From contig JAXHMW010000010.1 of assembly GCA_034521065.1 (NCBI GenBank), positions 25,264 to 89,263 on the forward strand: a stretch of 64,000 bases of DNA. The letters are read 5' to 3'. Within the stretch, counting starts at the first letter, position 1. Each line of letters starts with the position of its first letter. The notes under the pieces were generated by a model. The model ran no database searches. It saw nothing but the letters and a program-made list of their open reading frames with translations, and had not been told where the DNA came from. This stretch comes from Planctomycetota bacterium. GTDB lineage: Bacteria > Planctomycetota > B143-G9. Below are positions 1 through 9,376 of this stretch, in pieces. Both the position numbers and the translations under genes were made by a program.

Positions 1-704
1 GAAGGCGGAGCCGGACGGTAGCTGTTGAGATACGGGCGAATGCGCTTTCCCACATCCTCCTTGCTTTCGCAGGAGTATATCACCCTGGGCTTTTTGCGCT
101 TCTTCAGCATTTCGAGCGAAGTGCCGAGCGCGGAAGATACGAACTGGTCGTTCTCGCCTTTGAGAATATTCGCGAGCTTTTTTGAATATTCCTTCTTGTA
201 GGTGCGAGAGTCGAGCACCATAGTCAGTCCGACCGCAGCGACCTCTCTCACCATCGAGTTCTCATGAGTGAGATTCTCGACAAATAGTTCGGCACTGTGT
301 TCGTCCTCGTTGAAATACAGCCAGTACAGCGCACGGAAACGCAGATACCATTTGTCACTTACGGCTAAAGAACGGAACACCGGCGCAAGGCAGGGCTCCA
401 TCATTCGAACAAGCACCTCTATGCCCTTCTCGCCCCATTTCGCTTCGAACTCGTCCGCGAACGGTTTGTATTCCTCAAGCGCCCTGGACCGGGCTCGCGA
501 GTGACGGGCACGGGCAACGGGCTCGTAATGACCGGCAAGCTCGACGACATCAGGAATAACCTGCTTCTGCAGAGCCTTGAACTGTTCGGGCTTATTGCAG
601 GTTCCGATGACATCGTAAGGTGCGGATGGGTCCTCGCCTTCAGCAGGGCTTATAACCAGCGCGAACGCTGCGAGAATAAGTAAAAAAGCGGTTCTGCGTA
701 TCAT
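1..704 (-). CDS. Secreted hypothetical protein, possibly HEAT/alpha-solenoid; runs off the window start
   Basis: Hand translation MIRRTAFLLILAAFALVISPAEGEDP...ENLTHENSMVREVAAVGL... is open to base 1; signal peptide; ATG overlaps the endonuclease IV stop (ATGA). Confidence 0.6.
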   Translation of the reverse strand, partial: MIRRTAFLLILAAFALVISPAEGEDPSAPYDVIGTCNKPEQFKALQKQVIPDVVELAGHYEPVARARHSRARSRALEEYKPFADEFEAKWGEKGIEVLVRMMEPCLAPVFRSLAVSDKWYLRFRALYWLYFNEDEHSAELFVENLTHENSMVREVAAVGLTMVLDSRTYKKEYSKKLANILKGENDQFVSSALGTSLEMLKKRKKPRVIYSCESKEDVGKRIRPYLNSYRPAPP

Positions 705-1570
705 CTGTCTACTCCTTGTTGAAGCGAGCGGTAGTAGCGGGCCATGCGCATTGTGTCCTCTTCGATAGAGGGGGACTCGCAGACGAGTACACCTCCAACG
801 CCTCTTTCGTGAAGGAGGCGAAGAAAGCCCTTCCAGTCCATGTCGGACTCCTCAAGCACAAGATGCTTGCGTTCGCCCTTCGGCCCATATTCTATACCGG
901 AGAAATGCATGTGCATGTCGAAAAGGGCTTCCTGTCCGAGATGTTCCGTCAGATAATCCAGGACTTGAGCAAAACTATCAACGTCGTTTCGCCCTCCCCC
1001 GGCTCTCGAGTGGTGGTGAGCGAAATCAATGCACGGCCGCAGAGCGGGCAGGGCCTTCGCGAGCCTCACCAACTCCTCAAGCGAGCCGAACTGAGTCGGC
1101 TTTCCCGTGAGTTCGGGTCGAATTCGCACGTCAATGTCCTCTTGTTCGAGCTTTAGCAGCAACTTCGCGAGTTCGTCTCGCACAGTCGCGAAAACTGACT
1201 CTGGAGCCATCCTTAAATAGAAAGCGGGATGGAAGGTGACGTATCTTGCACCCATGATCTGCGCGAGCCTCGCGGTTGCAATAATGTGCTTGTGAGAACG
1301 CTCGCGCTTTTCCGGCTCGCGTGCGTTGAAGTTCACGTAATAAGGGCCGTGGACGGTAAGTGCGACATCGTTTTCCGAAGCGAGTGCTCCGAGCTCCCGG
1401 GCCACTTCCGGCCTCATACGCGCACCGTGGACGAACTCGATCTCGATTGCATCGAGTTGCAATTCCGGGCGCATACGGGTGACGGCCTTGCGATAGTCTC
1501 CCTTTCGGAAACGAATGGGAAGACCGGCGGTAGCGAATCTCAGTTGTGTTTCGTTTGTGCTTTGAGCGAT
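701..1570 (-). CDS. nfo: Endonuclease IV (AP endonuclease 2, TIM barrel)
   Basis: Motifs HGPYYVN, FHPAFY, RPELTGK, CIDFAH, HMHFSG, CESP; the in-frame upstream extension LRFATAGLP matches the family N-terminus. Confidence 0.85.
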   Translation of the reverse strand: MAQSTNETQLRFATAGLPIRFRKGDYRKAVTRMRPELQLDAIEIEFVHGARMRPEVARELGALASENDVALTVHGPYYVNFNAREPEKRERSHKHIIATARLAQIMGARYVTFHPAFYLRMAPESVFATVRDELAKLLLKLEQEDIDVRIRPELTGKPTQFGSLEELVRLAKALPALRPCIDFAHHHSRAGGGRNDVDSFAQVLDYLTEHLGQEALFDMHMHFSGIEYGPKGERKHLVLEESDMDWKGFLRLLHERGVGGVLVCESPSIEEDTMRMARYYRSLQQGVDR

Positions 1571-1589
1571 GGGAATCTCCGGTAAAGTG

Positions 1590-2090
1590 TTAGTCCGCCC
1601 ATGTCATTCTCAGCTTCTTGCCGGGGCTCGTCAGAATCCAGGAGAACAGCGGCCAGAGCGCGAGGGCAAGCAGGCCGTTGGCAAGCGCGGTGTAGATTAT
1701 GAATGGGAAGAAGGCGGGGAACATTCTGAGTGATGCCGATGTATCGCCGATAAGGAAGCAGAACAACTGAACCGAGAAGACGAATACGAACGTGATAATG
1801 AAGCGCGAAAAGGAGTATTCCGCGCTCAGGTACTTCGAGACGAGTTGAGCGGGAAAGTAAGAGAGCGCGAATGCGAGCGAAAAGGCACCGAAGCGACCCG
1901 CGGAAAACAGGTCCGCCACCAGTCCCAGCAAGGCCGCAAGAGGGAAACGGGAAGCCGGAGATGCCCTGAATACCAGCACAAGGGCGAGTATCCCGTACGG
2001 GTATATGGCGAACTGCATACCGGGCTCGGCGAAAGCGCCCTGCAACAGCACGAAGAGCACAACGAGTGCAGCGGCAACGAACACCATCAA
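1590..2090 (-). CDS. mreD: Rod shape-determining protein MreD
   Basis: 166-aa polytopic membrane protein with GLVADL motif, directly downstream of mreC. Confidence 0.75.
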   Translation of the reverse strand: MMVFVAAALVVLFVLLQGAFAEPGMQFAIYPYGILALVLVFRASPASRFPLAALLGLVADLFSAGRFGAFSLAFALSYFPAQLVSKYLSAEYSFSRFIITFVFVFSVQLFCFLIGDTSASLRMFPAFFPFIIYTALANGLLALALWPLFSWILTSPGKKLRMTWAD

Positions 2091-2922
2091 CGGGCCTCCC
2101 GCGGCACGTGCATTTCGGGCTGCTTCTGAACCCCGGTGGGAATGTACAGTTCTTCGAGTTCGAAGGAATACGGATGGGGAGCGAGCTTGACACGCCAGGA
2201 CCGAGTTGAGGGGTCGGGCTCGGCGAACGAGACATCGCCAATCGCGAATCCGTTCGGCACGAATGGAGACTCGTCGTTCGAGAGAGCAACTGCATCGGTG
2301 GATACCTTCTGTTCGAAGGGCACGAATCGCACCTCGAGTGCGATGCCATTGCCCTCGGCGATTCCCCGTGCGAGCGTTTCGTCCTCGTCGTCCACAAGCA
2401 GGACGGGCATTTTGAAGAACCTGTGCCGGGAGGTCACAGCGAGCGAGACAGCGGGAGCGACCTTGTAGATACGTGCGACGATGACATCTCCGCAGCAGAC
2501 CACCATTCCCGGTTGCACGCCATCTGCGGAGCCAACGTCGAGGGTCAGCACCTCCGCTGCGCCCACGGGGTCGTAGTAAGTGACTTTACAGGGAAGCGGT
2601 TCGAGCCCCGCGAAGGCGGGCACGTCGCCCAGTTTTTTTAGCCTGTTGCGCATAATGGCGTTCGCGGCTTCGAGAGAGCGAACTCGCTTTCTCAGCCTTT
2701 GGAATTCATCCGAAGTCAGATTGGGGTTCTCGGCGAACGAACGGAAGAACCGCGAGAAAAAGTCCGTGACGGATGATACAGCGGCACGGTTTAGGGAGCA
2801 GACGGGTTCAGCGGCGGAAGAGAAGGAGAGTTGGACTGGCTTGAAGAAGTCGTCGAAGAGTACTAAGGAGGCACAGAGCAGAAGCGTGCCACCGATGAGG
2901 GCGATTTTTTCCAGAATTGCAT
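2087..2922 (-). CDS. mreC: Rod shape-determining protein MreC (apparent 1-nt frameshift near the start)
   Basis: TM, coiled coil and LDVGSADGVQPGMVV beta domain; ATG at 2922 reads MQFWKKIALIGG if one A is added to the A6 run. Confidence 0.8.
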
Positions 2923-2928
2923 TTAAAG

Positions 2929-4006
2929 TCAGGTCAGGCCCTTAATGGTGGTAAGGCAGTCCACGAAAAGTTCAATGTTCTCGAGCACCTTGAAAGTGCC
3001 GCGCGCGACACAGGTCAACGGTGCCCTCGGCCCGTTCGCAGGGAATTCCGGTCTCACGGGTGATGATGGAATCCAGCCCGTTAAGCAGACAACCACCACC
3101 TGCCAGGACGATTCCGTTCTTCAGAACATCGCCCGCGAGTTCGGGGCGGGTGTTCTCGAGAGTCTGCTTGATGGCCCTGATTATATCGTCCACGATCGGG
3201 CGTAAGGCCATTCGAATCTCTTCCGAGGTGATTGTGATTCTCGCAGGCAGAGAGGTGGAAAGGTTCATGCCGCTGATCTCCATCTTCTTTTCTTCCTTGA
3301 AACCTTCAGCTGAACCTATCTCCTTCTTGATGCTCTCGGCTGTGGGGTTTCCGATAGCAATCTTGTGATGAGTGCGAATGTGCTGGATAATGGCGTGGTC
3401 CATCTCGTCACCGCCCACGCGGATAGACTTCTGAGATGCCATATCGGCAAGGGAGATGACCGCGACCTCTGTCGTACCGCCGCCGATGTCAACTATCATG
3501 TTGCCGCGAGGCGAGCCCGTGGGAAGGCCCGCACCTATGGCCGCGGCCATGGGCTCTGACATGAGAAAGACTTCACGGGCGCCCGCACGTTCGGCGGCGT
3601 CAATGAACACGCGCTTTTCGACGGGGGTGACACCGGTGGGAACGGCAATCAGGACACGAGGCTTGAAAGAGAAGAACCTGCGACGCGACGCATGCCTTTT
3701 GCCCTTGCGGATGAAGTAGGAGAGCATCGCCTGCGTGATGTCGAAGTCCGCGATGACTCCGTCCTTCATAGGTCTGATCACAGCGATACTGCTCGGAGCC
3801 TTGTCCTCCATGACCTTGGCCTTGTCGCCGACAGCTTCACCGTTGAGCAATATCTCTCTCGTACTCCTCTTGATAGCCACAATGGAAGGCTCGAAAACCA
3901 CGACGCCTTCTCCCCTGAGGGAGACAAGGGTGTTAGCGGTACCGAGGTCGATACCGATGTCGTCGGAGAAGTAGTTGAAGGAATCAGTGAAGATGTTTGC
4001 TGACAT
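2929..4006 (-). CDS. mreB: Actin-like rod shape protein MreB (apparent frameshift near 3025)
   Basis: IGIDLGTANT, IRPMKDGVIADF, DIGGGTTE, LAGGG; the family-like C-terminus PLTCVARGT..VLENI continues in another frame to 2929. Confidence 0.95.
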
Positions 4007-4039
4007 TCACGTCTCCGTCAAGAGCAAGAGGATACGCCT

Positions 4040-4048
4040 ATTATAGCA
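4040..4048 (-). promoter_or_regulatory. Putative extended -10 (TGCTATAAT) for mreBCD
   Basis: Consensus TGnTATAAT about 35 nt upstream of the mreB ATG, just after a terminator. Confidence 0.45.
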
Positions 4049-4054
4049 GCGATT

Positions 4055-4086
4055 AAAAAAAGAGGGCAGGAAACCTGCCCTCTTTT
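4055..4086. terminator. Intrinsic terminator
   Basis: AAAAGAGGGCAGG-AAA-CCTGCCCTCTTTT perfect stem with A and T tails. Confidence 0.8.
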
Positions 4087-4115
4087 GGGAATCGCAAATT
4101 GGGAGGATGGAAAAC

Positions 4116-4280
4116 TCAGATCTTATAGAATTCCGAGAGTTCCTTCCAAGCCATGACGATGGTAACGACCTGGAACACGAGAGCGATGATGAGCATAACT
4201 GTCCAGGGAACGGTGCTCTCCTGCTGAGTCTGAACGTCCTCTTCCTGAGCAAGATCATCCTGATAAGGTTCTGCGGCCAT
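4116..4280 (-). CDS. Small single-pass membrane protein (54 aa)
   Basis: GGAGG RBS; MAAEPYQDDLAQEEDVQTQQESTVPWTVMLIIALVFQVVTIVMAWKELSEFYKI; lies between the upstream gene and a terminator. Confidence 0.7.
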   Translation of the reverse strand: MAAEPYQDDLAQEEDVQTQQESTVPWTVMLIIALVFQVVTIVMAWKELSEFYKI

Positions 4281-4321
4281 AATAACCTCCGTTGAAGGTC
4301 GCGTTTAAAATCCGGGTTAAA

Positions 4322-5179
4322 TCAGTCGGTGAACGCGTTGTCGCCGACTTCGACCTTCGCACCGGGTTCGTTCAATGACTTCTCGATTATTCTCGCAACG
4401 CAGGAGTCGGGATAGACGGACTCAACACGAGCCTTGCAGACATAGGTTGAGCCGCGATGGATGATGAACTCCATTCCGAGTTCGACCTTGTCATCCTTAC
4501 CCACTGAGAGGAATATAACGGCTGCCTCGTTGTTTGCGGCGAGAACCTGCGCCCTGATAGTTTCTTTGGGCTTGGTGACCTCGATGGGCTGCTCTGAAAT
4601 AGTGCGGTACTTACGAAGGGCGAGTGTGAGTTCCTCGTTACTCCTTGTGTACTCTTCAAGCTGCCTGCGAGTGTTGTTGAGAGTCATCATGAGGCTGTTG
4701 TTGCGGTCACGCAGAGCGGTGACGGTGTTGACAAGCCTCTCGTACTCCCTCTTGACCTCAAGGAGTTCCTGAGAGTCACGGCGCATTTTTTCCTGAAGCT
4801 GCTCGATGCGCTCCATCATGCTCGTGACCTTCTCGTTGAGCTGGGTGAGCTGATCTTCCTTCTCGGCCTTCATCTGCTCAGCCTGCTCGACCTTTCTTTG
4901 GGCCTCAGCGAGGGTTGTGTTGAGCTGCTCCACCTGGTCGGCGAGATTGCTGTTCTCGGCCTTTACGGACTGGAGTTCCTGCTCAAGATTCGAGATAGAG
5001 TCGTTCTTAGTGGTGACCTTGTCTTCAAGTTCGCCCACATCGGCCTGATGGGCCTGCTTCTCGGCTTCATATACCTTGCGCCAGTTGGCTTTCTGCGCAA
5101 AGAGTGCTACCTGGAGAAAGGTGGAACCGGCAACGAGCACAAGTATTACCACTACGAGAATCTTAGAAACAGTGCTCAT
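4322..5179 (-). CDS. Membrane-anchored coiled-coil protein with C-terminal beta domain
   Basis: N-terminal TM, long heptad region, C-terminal LSVGKDDKVELGMEFIIHRG; AAGGAGG RBS. Confidence 0.75.
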   Translation of the reverse strand: MSTVSKILVVVILVLVAGSTFLQVALFAQKANWRKVYEAEKQAHQADVGELEDKVTTKNDSISNLEQELQSVKAENSNLADQVEQLNTTLAEAQRKVEQAEQMKAEKEDQLTQLNEKVTSMMERIEQLQEKMRRDSQELLEVKREYERLVNTVTALRDRNNSLMMTLNNTRRQLEEYTRSNEELTLALRKYRTISEQPIEVTKPKETIRAQVLAANNEAAVIFLSVGKDDKVELGMEFIIHRGSTYVCKARVESVYPDSCVARIIEKSLNEPGAKVEVGDNAFTD

Positions 5180-5376
5180 TTTCCCTCCTTAAGAGTAAAT
5201 CCTGCTCGCAAACTCTAAGGGCTGCTAAGCTTCTGTTAAAGCGGAGAGCGATTATAAGGGTGCGCAATCCGCAATGTCAAGAAAAAAAACGGCTTTCGTC
5301 CGGCGGTCAGTGCCGAGACATGCCTTCAGACACGGATGCGATTATAGCGGCCCGAATAGGACGTGCAAGAAAAAAA

Positions 5377-6186
5377 TCACTGTTTTTCGCTCTCCAGAGC
5401 ACACAGTTCCTCGAATGCGTTTCTGGCAGCGTTCTGTTCGGCCTCTTTCTTGCTTTTTCCGTAACCGCACTTGAAAGACATTCCGGCGTACTCGACCACC
5501 ACCGCATACTGCCGCCTGTGGTCGGGACCGGACACTGATACCACGCGGTATCTCGGAAGCTGCTGGTCCACTCCCTGCACATACTGTTGAAGGATGGACT
5601 TGTAGTTGTTCGGCTCGGCATCTTGCCCATGCTCGCCGACATCTTTTTCTTCGTCCGCAATGTAATTACTGATGAAAGCGCGTGCGGGAACAATGCCCCC
5701 GTCAACGTATATGGCGGCTACCACCGCTTCCATCAGTCCCGCCAGCAAGCGGCTCGAGAGCTTCTTTTTGGAAAGCGAACTGTCCACTAAAGCGTAGTCC
5801 TCGAGTTCGAGCTTCCGGGCAACTTCAGCCAGTGCGCTGGTGGAGACTAAGCGGGAACGGAACTGAGTCAGCTCCCCTTCGTCGCTTTCGGGATACCTGT
5901 TATAGAGGATGTCTGCGACAATGAAGCCGAGAATGCCGTCGCCCAGGAACTCGAGACGCTCGTTGGAATTGCCCGGGGTGGCGGCCGCGCTGATGTGTAC
6001 AAGCGCGCGCTGGAGCGACGAACGGTCCTTGAAAGAGTAGGAGATGCTCTTCTCGAGCTGTTCGAGCTGTTCACGGAAATTATCCGGCACAACTGCATCC
6101 GCATCCAGGCCGGTGGGTCTGCACCCTCGGTGTTCCGGGTCTGCCGGAGGCTGGGCGTTCAGTTCTGCGCGCTCCTTATCGCTCAT
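5377..6186 (-). CDS. rnc: Ribonuclease III
   Basis: NERLEFLGDG signature, MEAVVAAIYVDGG, C-terminal dsRBD (GKSKKEAEQNAA). Confidence 0.95.
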   Translation of the reverse strand: MSDKERAELNAQPPADPEHRGCRPTGLDADAVVPDNFREQLEQLEKSISYSFKDRSSLQRALVHISAAATPGNSNERLEFLGDGILGFIVADILYNRYPESDEGELTQFRSRLVSTSALAEVARKLELEDYALVDSSLSKKKLSSRLLAGLMEAVVAAIYVDGGIVPARAFISNYIADEEKDVGEHGQDAEPNNYKSILQQYVQGVDQQLPRYRVVSVSGPDHRRQYAVVVEYAGMSFKCGYGKSKKEAEQNAARNAFEELCALESEKQ

Positions 6187-7396
6187 CTATCTTTCTGAGG
6201 TTCTTAACGACCTGCGATGTCTGAAGGGCGATGACGAGTTCCTCGTTGGTGAGGTAGGCCCAGACATCCACCTTGCTGTCGCCGGTGCTGATCTTAAGGG
6301 TCTTGTTGCCCATGCCGTCCTCGTTCGTCGGCTGGTCAATCTTCACACCAAGGTAACCGAGCTTGTCACAGACCCACTTTCGAATGATCGGGCTGTTGGT
6401 TCCGATACCGCCGGTGAAGACTATGGCATCCAGCCCGCCCATGGCGGCCGAGTAGGCACCTATGTATTTGAGCACACGGTAGGAGAACATCTCCACCGCG
6501 AGCTTCGCGCGTTCGTTGGTTTCCATCGCGTCCTCAAGTATGCGCATGTCGGAAGAAAGACCGCTTACGCCCTTCAGGCCGGAGAACTTGTTCATGAGGT
6601 TCGAGGCCTGCTCGGTCTCGAGGTCGTACATGTCCATAATCTGTACGAACAGGAAGGGGTCTATATCGCCGCAGCGAGTGCCCATTACGAGCCCCTCGAC
6701 CGGCGTATATCCCATGGAAGTATCAACGCTTTTTCCGCCCTTGACGGCAGCGACGGAGCCGCCGTTGCCGAGGTGAGCGGTGACGATCTTCAGCTCGGGG
6801 TCGTTTTCGCGGCCCATGCGCTTTGCCACCTCGTTGGCGACGTAGTAGTGACTTGTACCGTGGAAGCCGTAGCGCCGGAAGCGATGCTTGATGTAAAGCT
6901 CGTAGGGAAGAGCGTAGAGGTAAGCATATTCCGGCATATCGGCGTGGAAGGCGGTGTCGAAGACGACCACCTGCGGAATTGCGGGCAGAACCTTTCTGCA
7001 CGCCTCGATGCCCTGAACGTTGTGCGGATTGTGCAGAGGTGCAAGCGGGATGCAATCCTTGAGCACCTCCATCACCTCCGCGGTCACGAGCGTGGGCTGG
7101 TAGAACTTCTCGCCGCCGTGCACCATTCTGTGCCCGACCGCCTCGATTTCCGAAACGTCTTCTATGACGCCGATCTCTGGGTCGGTAAGGGTCTTCAGCA
7201 CGAGCGCAATCCCCGAAGAGTGGTCGAGTATGTCCTGCTCGATCTTGTGCTTTTCACCGTTGACGGAATGGGTAAGCAGTGAACCCGGAATTCCGATCTT
7301 CTCAAGCGTGCCCTTTGCGAGCGGCTTGTTTTCCGGCGGAGTGAGAAGCTGATATTTGATCGAGGACGAACCTGCGTTTACAACGAGTACCTTCAC
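6176..7396 (-). CDS. ackA: Acetate kinase
   Basis: VNAGSSSIK, GHRMVHGG, LAPLHNP, YGFHGTSH, HLGNG, FTGGIG, TNEE. Confidence 0.97.
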   Translation of the reverse strand: MKVLVVNAGSSSIKYQLLTPPENKPLAKGTLEKIGIPGSLLTHSVNGEKHKIEQDILDHSSGIALVLKTLTDPEIGVIEDVSEIEAVGHRMVHGGEKFYQPTLVTAEVMEVLKDCIPLAPLHNPHNVQGIEACRKVLPAIPQVVVFDTAFHADMPEYAYLYALPYELYIKHRFRRYGFHGTSHYYVANEVAKRMGRENDPELKIVTAHLGNGGSVAAVKGGKSVDTSMGYTPVEGLVMGTRCGDIDPFLFVQIMDMYDLETEQASNLMNKFSGLKGVSGLSSDMRILEDAMETNERAKLAVEMFSYRVLKYIGAYSAAMGGLDAIVFTGGIGTNSPIIRKWVCDKLGYLGVKIDQPTNEDGMGNKTLKISTGDSKVDVWAYLTNEELVIALQTSQVVKNLRKIDER

Positions 7397-7414
7397 TTTT
7401 ATCTCCTTTGGTGG

Positions 7415-8353
7415 CTAACCCCTCTTGTCTGAATCGTCGTAGGAATGGAAACCCCTGCCGCAGTCGAGTCCGAGGCTCATGCGGTCAACGAGGTCTTCGA
7501 GGAGCTTGGGGGGCCTGAGGTCCTCTCTTCCGTGGGCCTCGGCGATTCTCTCGCACCAGTCCCTCACGTTGTCGAGGCCTATGCGGTCGGCCATCTCGAG
7601 CGGGCCGAAGCGCATACCGAAAAGGTCCTTTATCAGTTCGTCGGCCGCGGCCGGTTCGATGTTCTGCTGTTCGATAATCTTGACGGTCTCAATGAAGAGC
7701 GCCGAGAACACACGGGCGGATACGTTGCCCGCGACATCCTCGAGCAGATGCGGGTTCATCCCTACCTTCTCGATGAACGTCCGCAGGAAGTCGTATGCCG
7801 CGCCGGAGGTCTTTTCCACCGTGAAGGTCTCCACCACGTCGGCCTTCCAGACCGGTGGCATGAAGCGGACACCGACAAAACGCTCGGGGCGTTTCGCAAG
7901 CTTCACTGCATCGGCAAGGGTGGTTCCCGAAAGGTTGCAGGCGATTACCACTGAGGGGTCGAACGCCTCGTCGAGAGAACTGACGAACTGTGCGCGCTCA
8001 TCGCCCGAGTAACCTGAGCAGTCGAAGGCGAGTGAGACGTTGTGCGAGGGGTCGAACTCCGTCTTCGCGTGAATGCGCGCGATGAGTGCCTTGGACTCGG
8101 CGTTCGAGATGGTCCAGCGGGAAACCTTGAAGTCAAGCTCCTGCTGGATGTCGGCCATGGCCTCGTCGGCGAGCTGCTCGGTTTCACAGTAGAGGAAGAC
8201 CTTCAGCGAATTGAATGAGGCGAGAGTGGCGAGTTCCCTTGCGAGCCTTGAACAGCCAATTACGGCTATGCTCTCGAGAGCCCTGTTGTGGGGATTCGGG
8301 ACGTTCATCGGTGTACCGGCGGGGGTGCCAGACATAGTTCCCTCCGTTAGCAA
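7415..8353 (-). CDS. 3-hydroxyacyl-CoA dehydrogenase family protein with degenerate motifs
   Basis: Overall family pattern (KRPERFVGVRF, GPLEMADRIGLD, GRGFHSY); GxGxxG and the catalytic His are altered. Confidence 0.75.
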   Translation of the reverse strand: MLTEGTMSGTPAGTPMNVPNPHNRALESIAVIGCSRLARELATLASFNSLKVFLYCETEQLADEAMADIQQELDFKVSRWTISNAESKALIARIHAKTEFDPSHNVSLAFDCSGYSGDERAQFVSSLDEAFDPSVVIACNLSGTTLADAVKLAKRPERFVGVRFMPPVWKADVVETFTVEKTSGAAYDFLRTFIEKVGMNPHLLEDVAGNVSARVFSALFIETVKIIEQQNIEPAAADELIKDLFGMRFGPLEMADRIGLDNVRDWCERIAEAHGREDLRPPKLLEDLVDRMSLGLDCGRGFHSYDDSDKRG

Positions 8354-8557
8354 CTTGTCAGAAACCTCTTGTGTTCATGCGCACGGTCACGGGAGCGGCG
8401 CATTGTATATGAGGAAAAATAATAGCGCGTTTTTTGCGTTCAATGACAGGGTTTTGAGAGGATAGCGTTCAGCGTGCGCGAAAGTTCATGTCGAATAACA
8501 GAAACGGCGGACGGTTGCGAGCCGTCCGCCTCATCGATTGCAAGAACGGCGGGTCGG

Positions 8558-9376
8558 TCAGTCATCGTAGTCGAGAACCGGATTGCCCTCCGCAAGCACG
8601 GGGTGACGGGACTCGAAGGACGGACGGCTGCCTTTGTATATCACGCCTACGGGAATCTCGTCTCCCCATGTCCTTGCGAGCCGAAGTGCAGCTTCTTTGT
8701 CGGTAGGGTCGTGTGATTTGTCTATTGGAGTCACCCGATCCTTGTACCACTTGAACGTATTGACCTTGTTGAACGACACACAGGGCTGGAGTATGTCCAG
8801 CAGCACGAAGCCCTCGTCGCAGTGGAGAGCCTCAACCATAGTATCATGAAGGTTTTCGTGGTTCCCGACGAACCCGCGTCCGACGAAGGCGACATCGTTG
8901 GCGATGGCCAGTTCGAGCGCGTTGACCGGCTTGTTGATGACACCGAAGCTCTGAAGCTTAGTGACATGACCCTCCTCCGTAGTCGGAGATGCCTGCCCTT
9001 TTGTAAGTCCATATATCTGGTTGTCGTGGACGAACGCCGCGACGGACACGTTTCGGCGCATTGTGTGCAGCAGGTGATTTCCGCCTTCGCCGTACATGTC
9101 GCCGTCGCCCGAGGTGATAAGCACCTTCAGGGCAGGATTGGCAAACTTTATGCCGGTCGCAACGGGCAGTGCCCTGCCGTGCAGTCCGTTGAAGACGTTG
9201 GCATAGGTGAAGTGCGGCAGCTTGGCCGCCTGCCCGATGCCGGAGACAAGCACAAGCTTGTGGCGGTCGAGCCCGGCCGAGTCTATCGCGTCGTTGAGGG
9301 TCTTCAGCAGCGGGAAGTTGCCGCAGCCGGGGCACCATGCGTTTTCCGCGAGCTGTGGATAAGTCATCGTGAACAA
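8558..9376 (-). CDS. korB: 2-oxoacid:ferredoxin oxidoreductase beta subunit
   Basis: WCPGCGN, SGIGQA, GDGD TPP motif, IYGLTKGQASPT, ILQPCVSFN. Confidence 0.92.
   Translation of the reverse strand: MFTMTYPQLAENAWCPGCGNFPLLKTLNDAIDSAGLDRHKLVLVSGIGQAAKLPHFTYANVFNGLHGRALPVATGIKFANPALKVLITSGDGDMYGEGGNHLLHTMRRNVSVAAFVHDNQIYGLTKGQASPTTEEGHVTKLQSFGVINKPVNALELAIANDVAFVGRGFVGNHENLHDTMVEALHCDEGFVLLDILQPCVSFNKVNTFKWYKDRVTPIDKSHDPTDKEAALRLARTWGDEIPVGVIYKGSRPSFESRHPVLAEGNPVLDYDD

Noticed and set aside
6044-7282. Long antisense ORFs (412 aa here; also 35685-37097 and 38573-39658)
   Set aside because: Shadow frames opposite clearly identified GC-rich genes.
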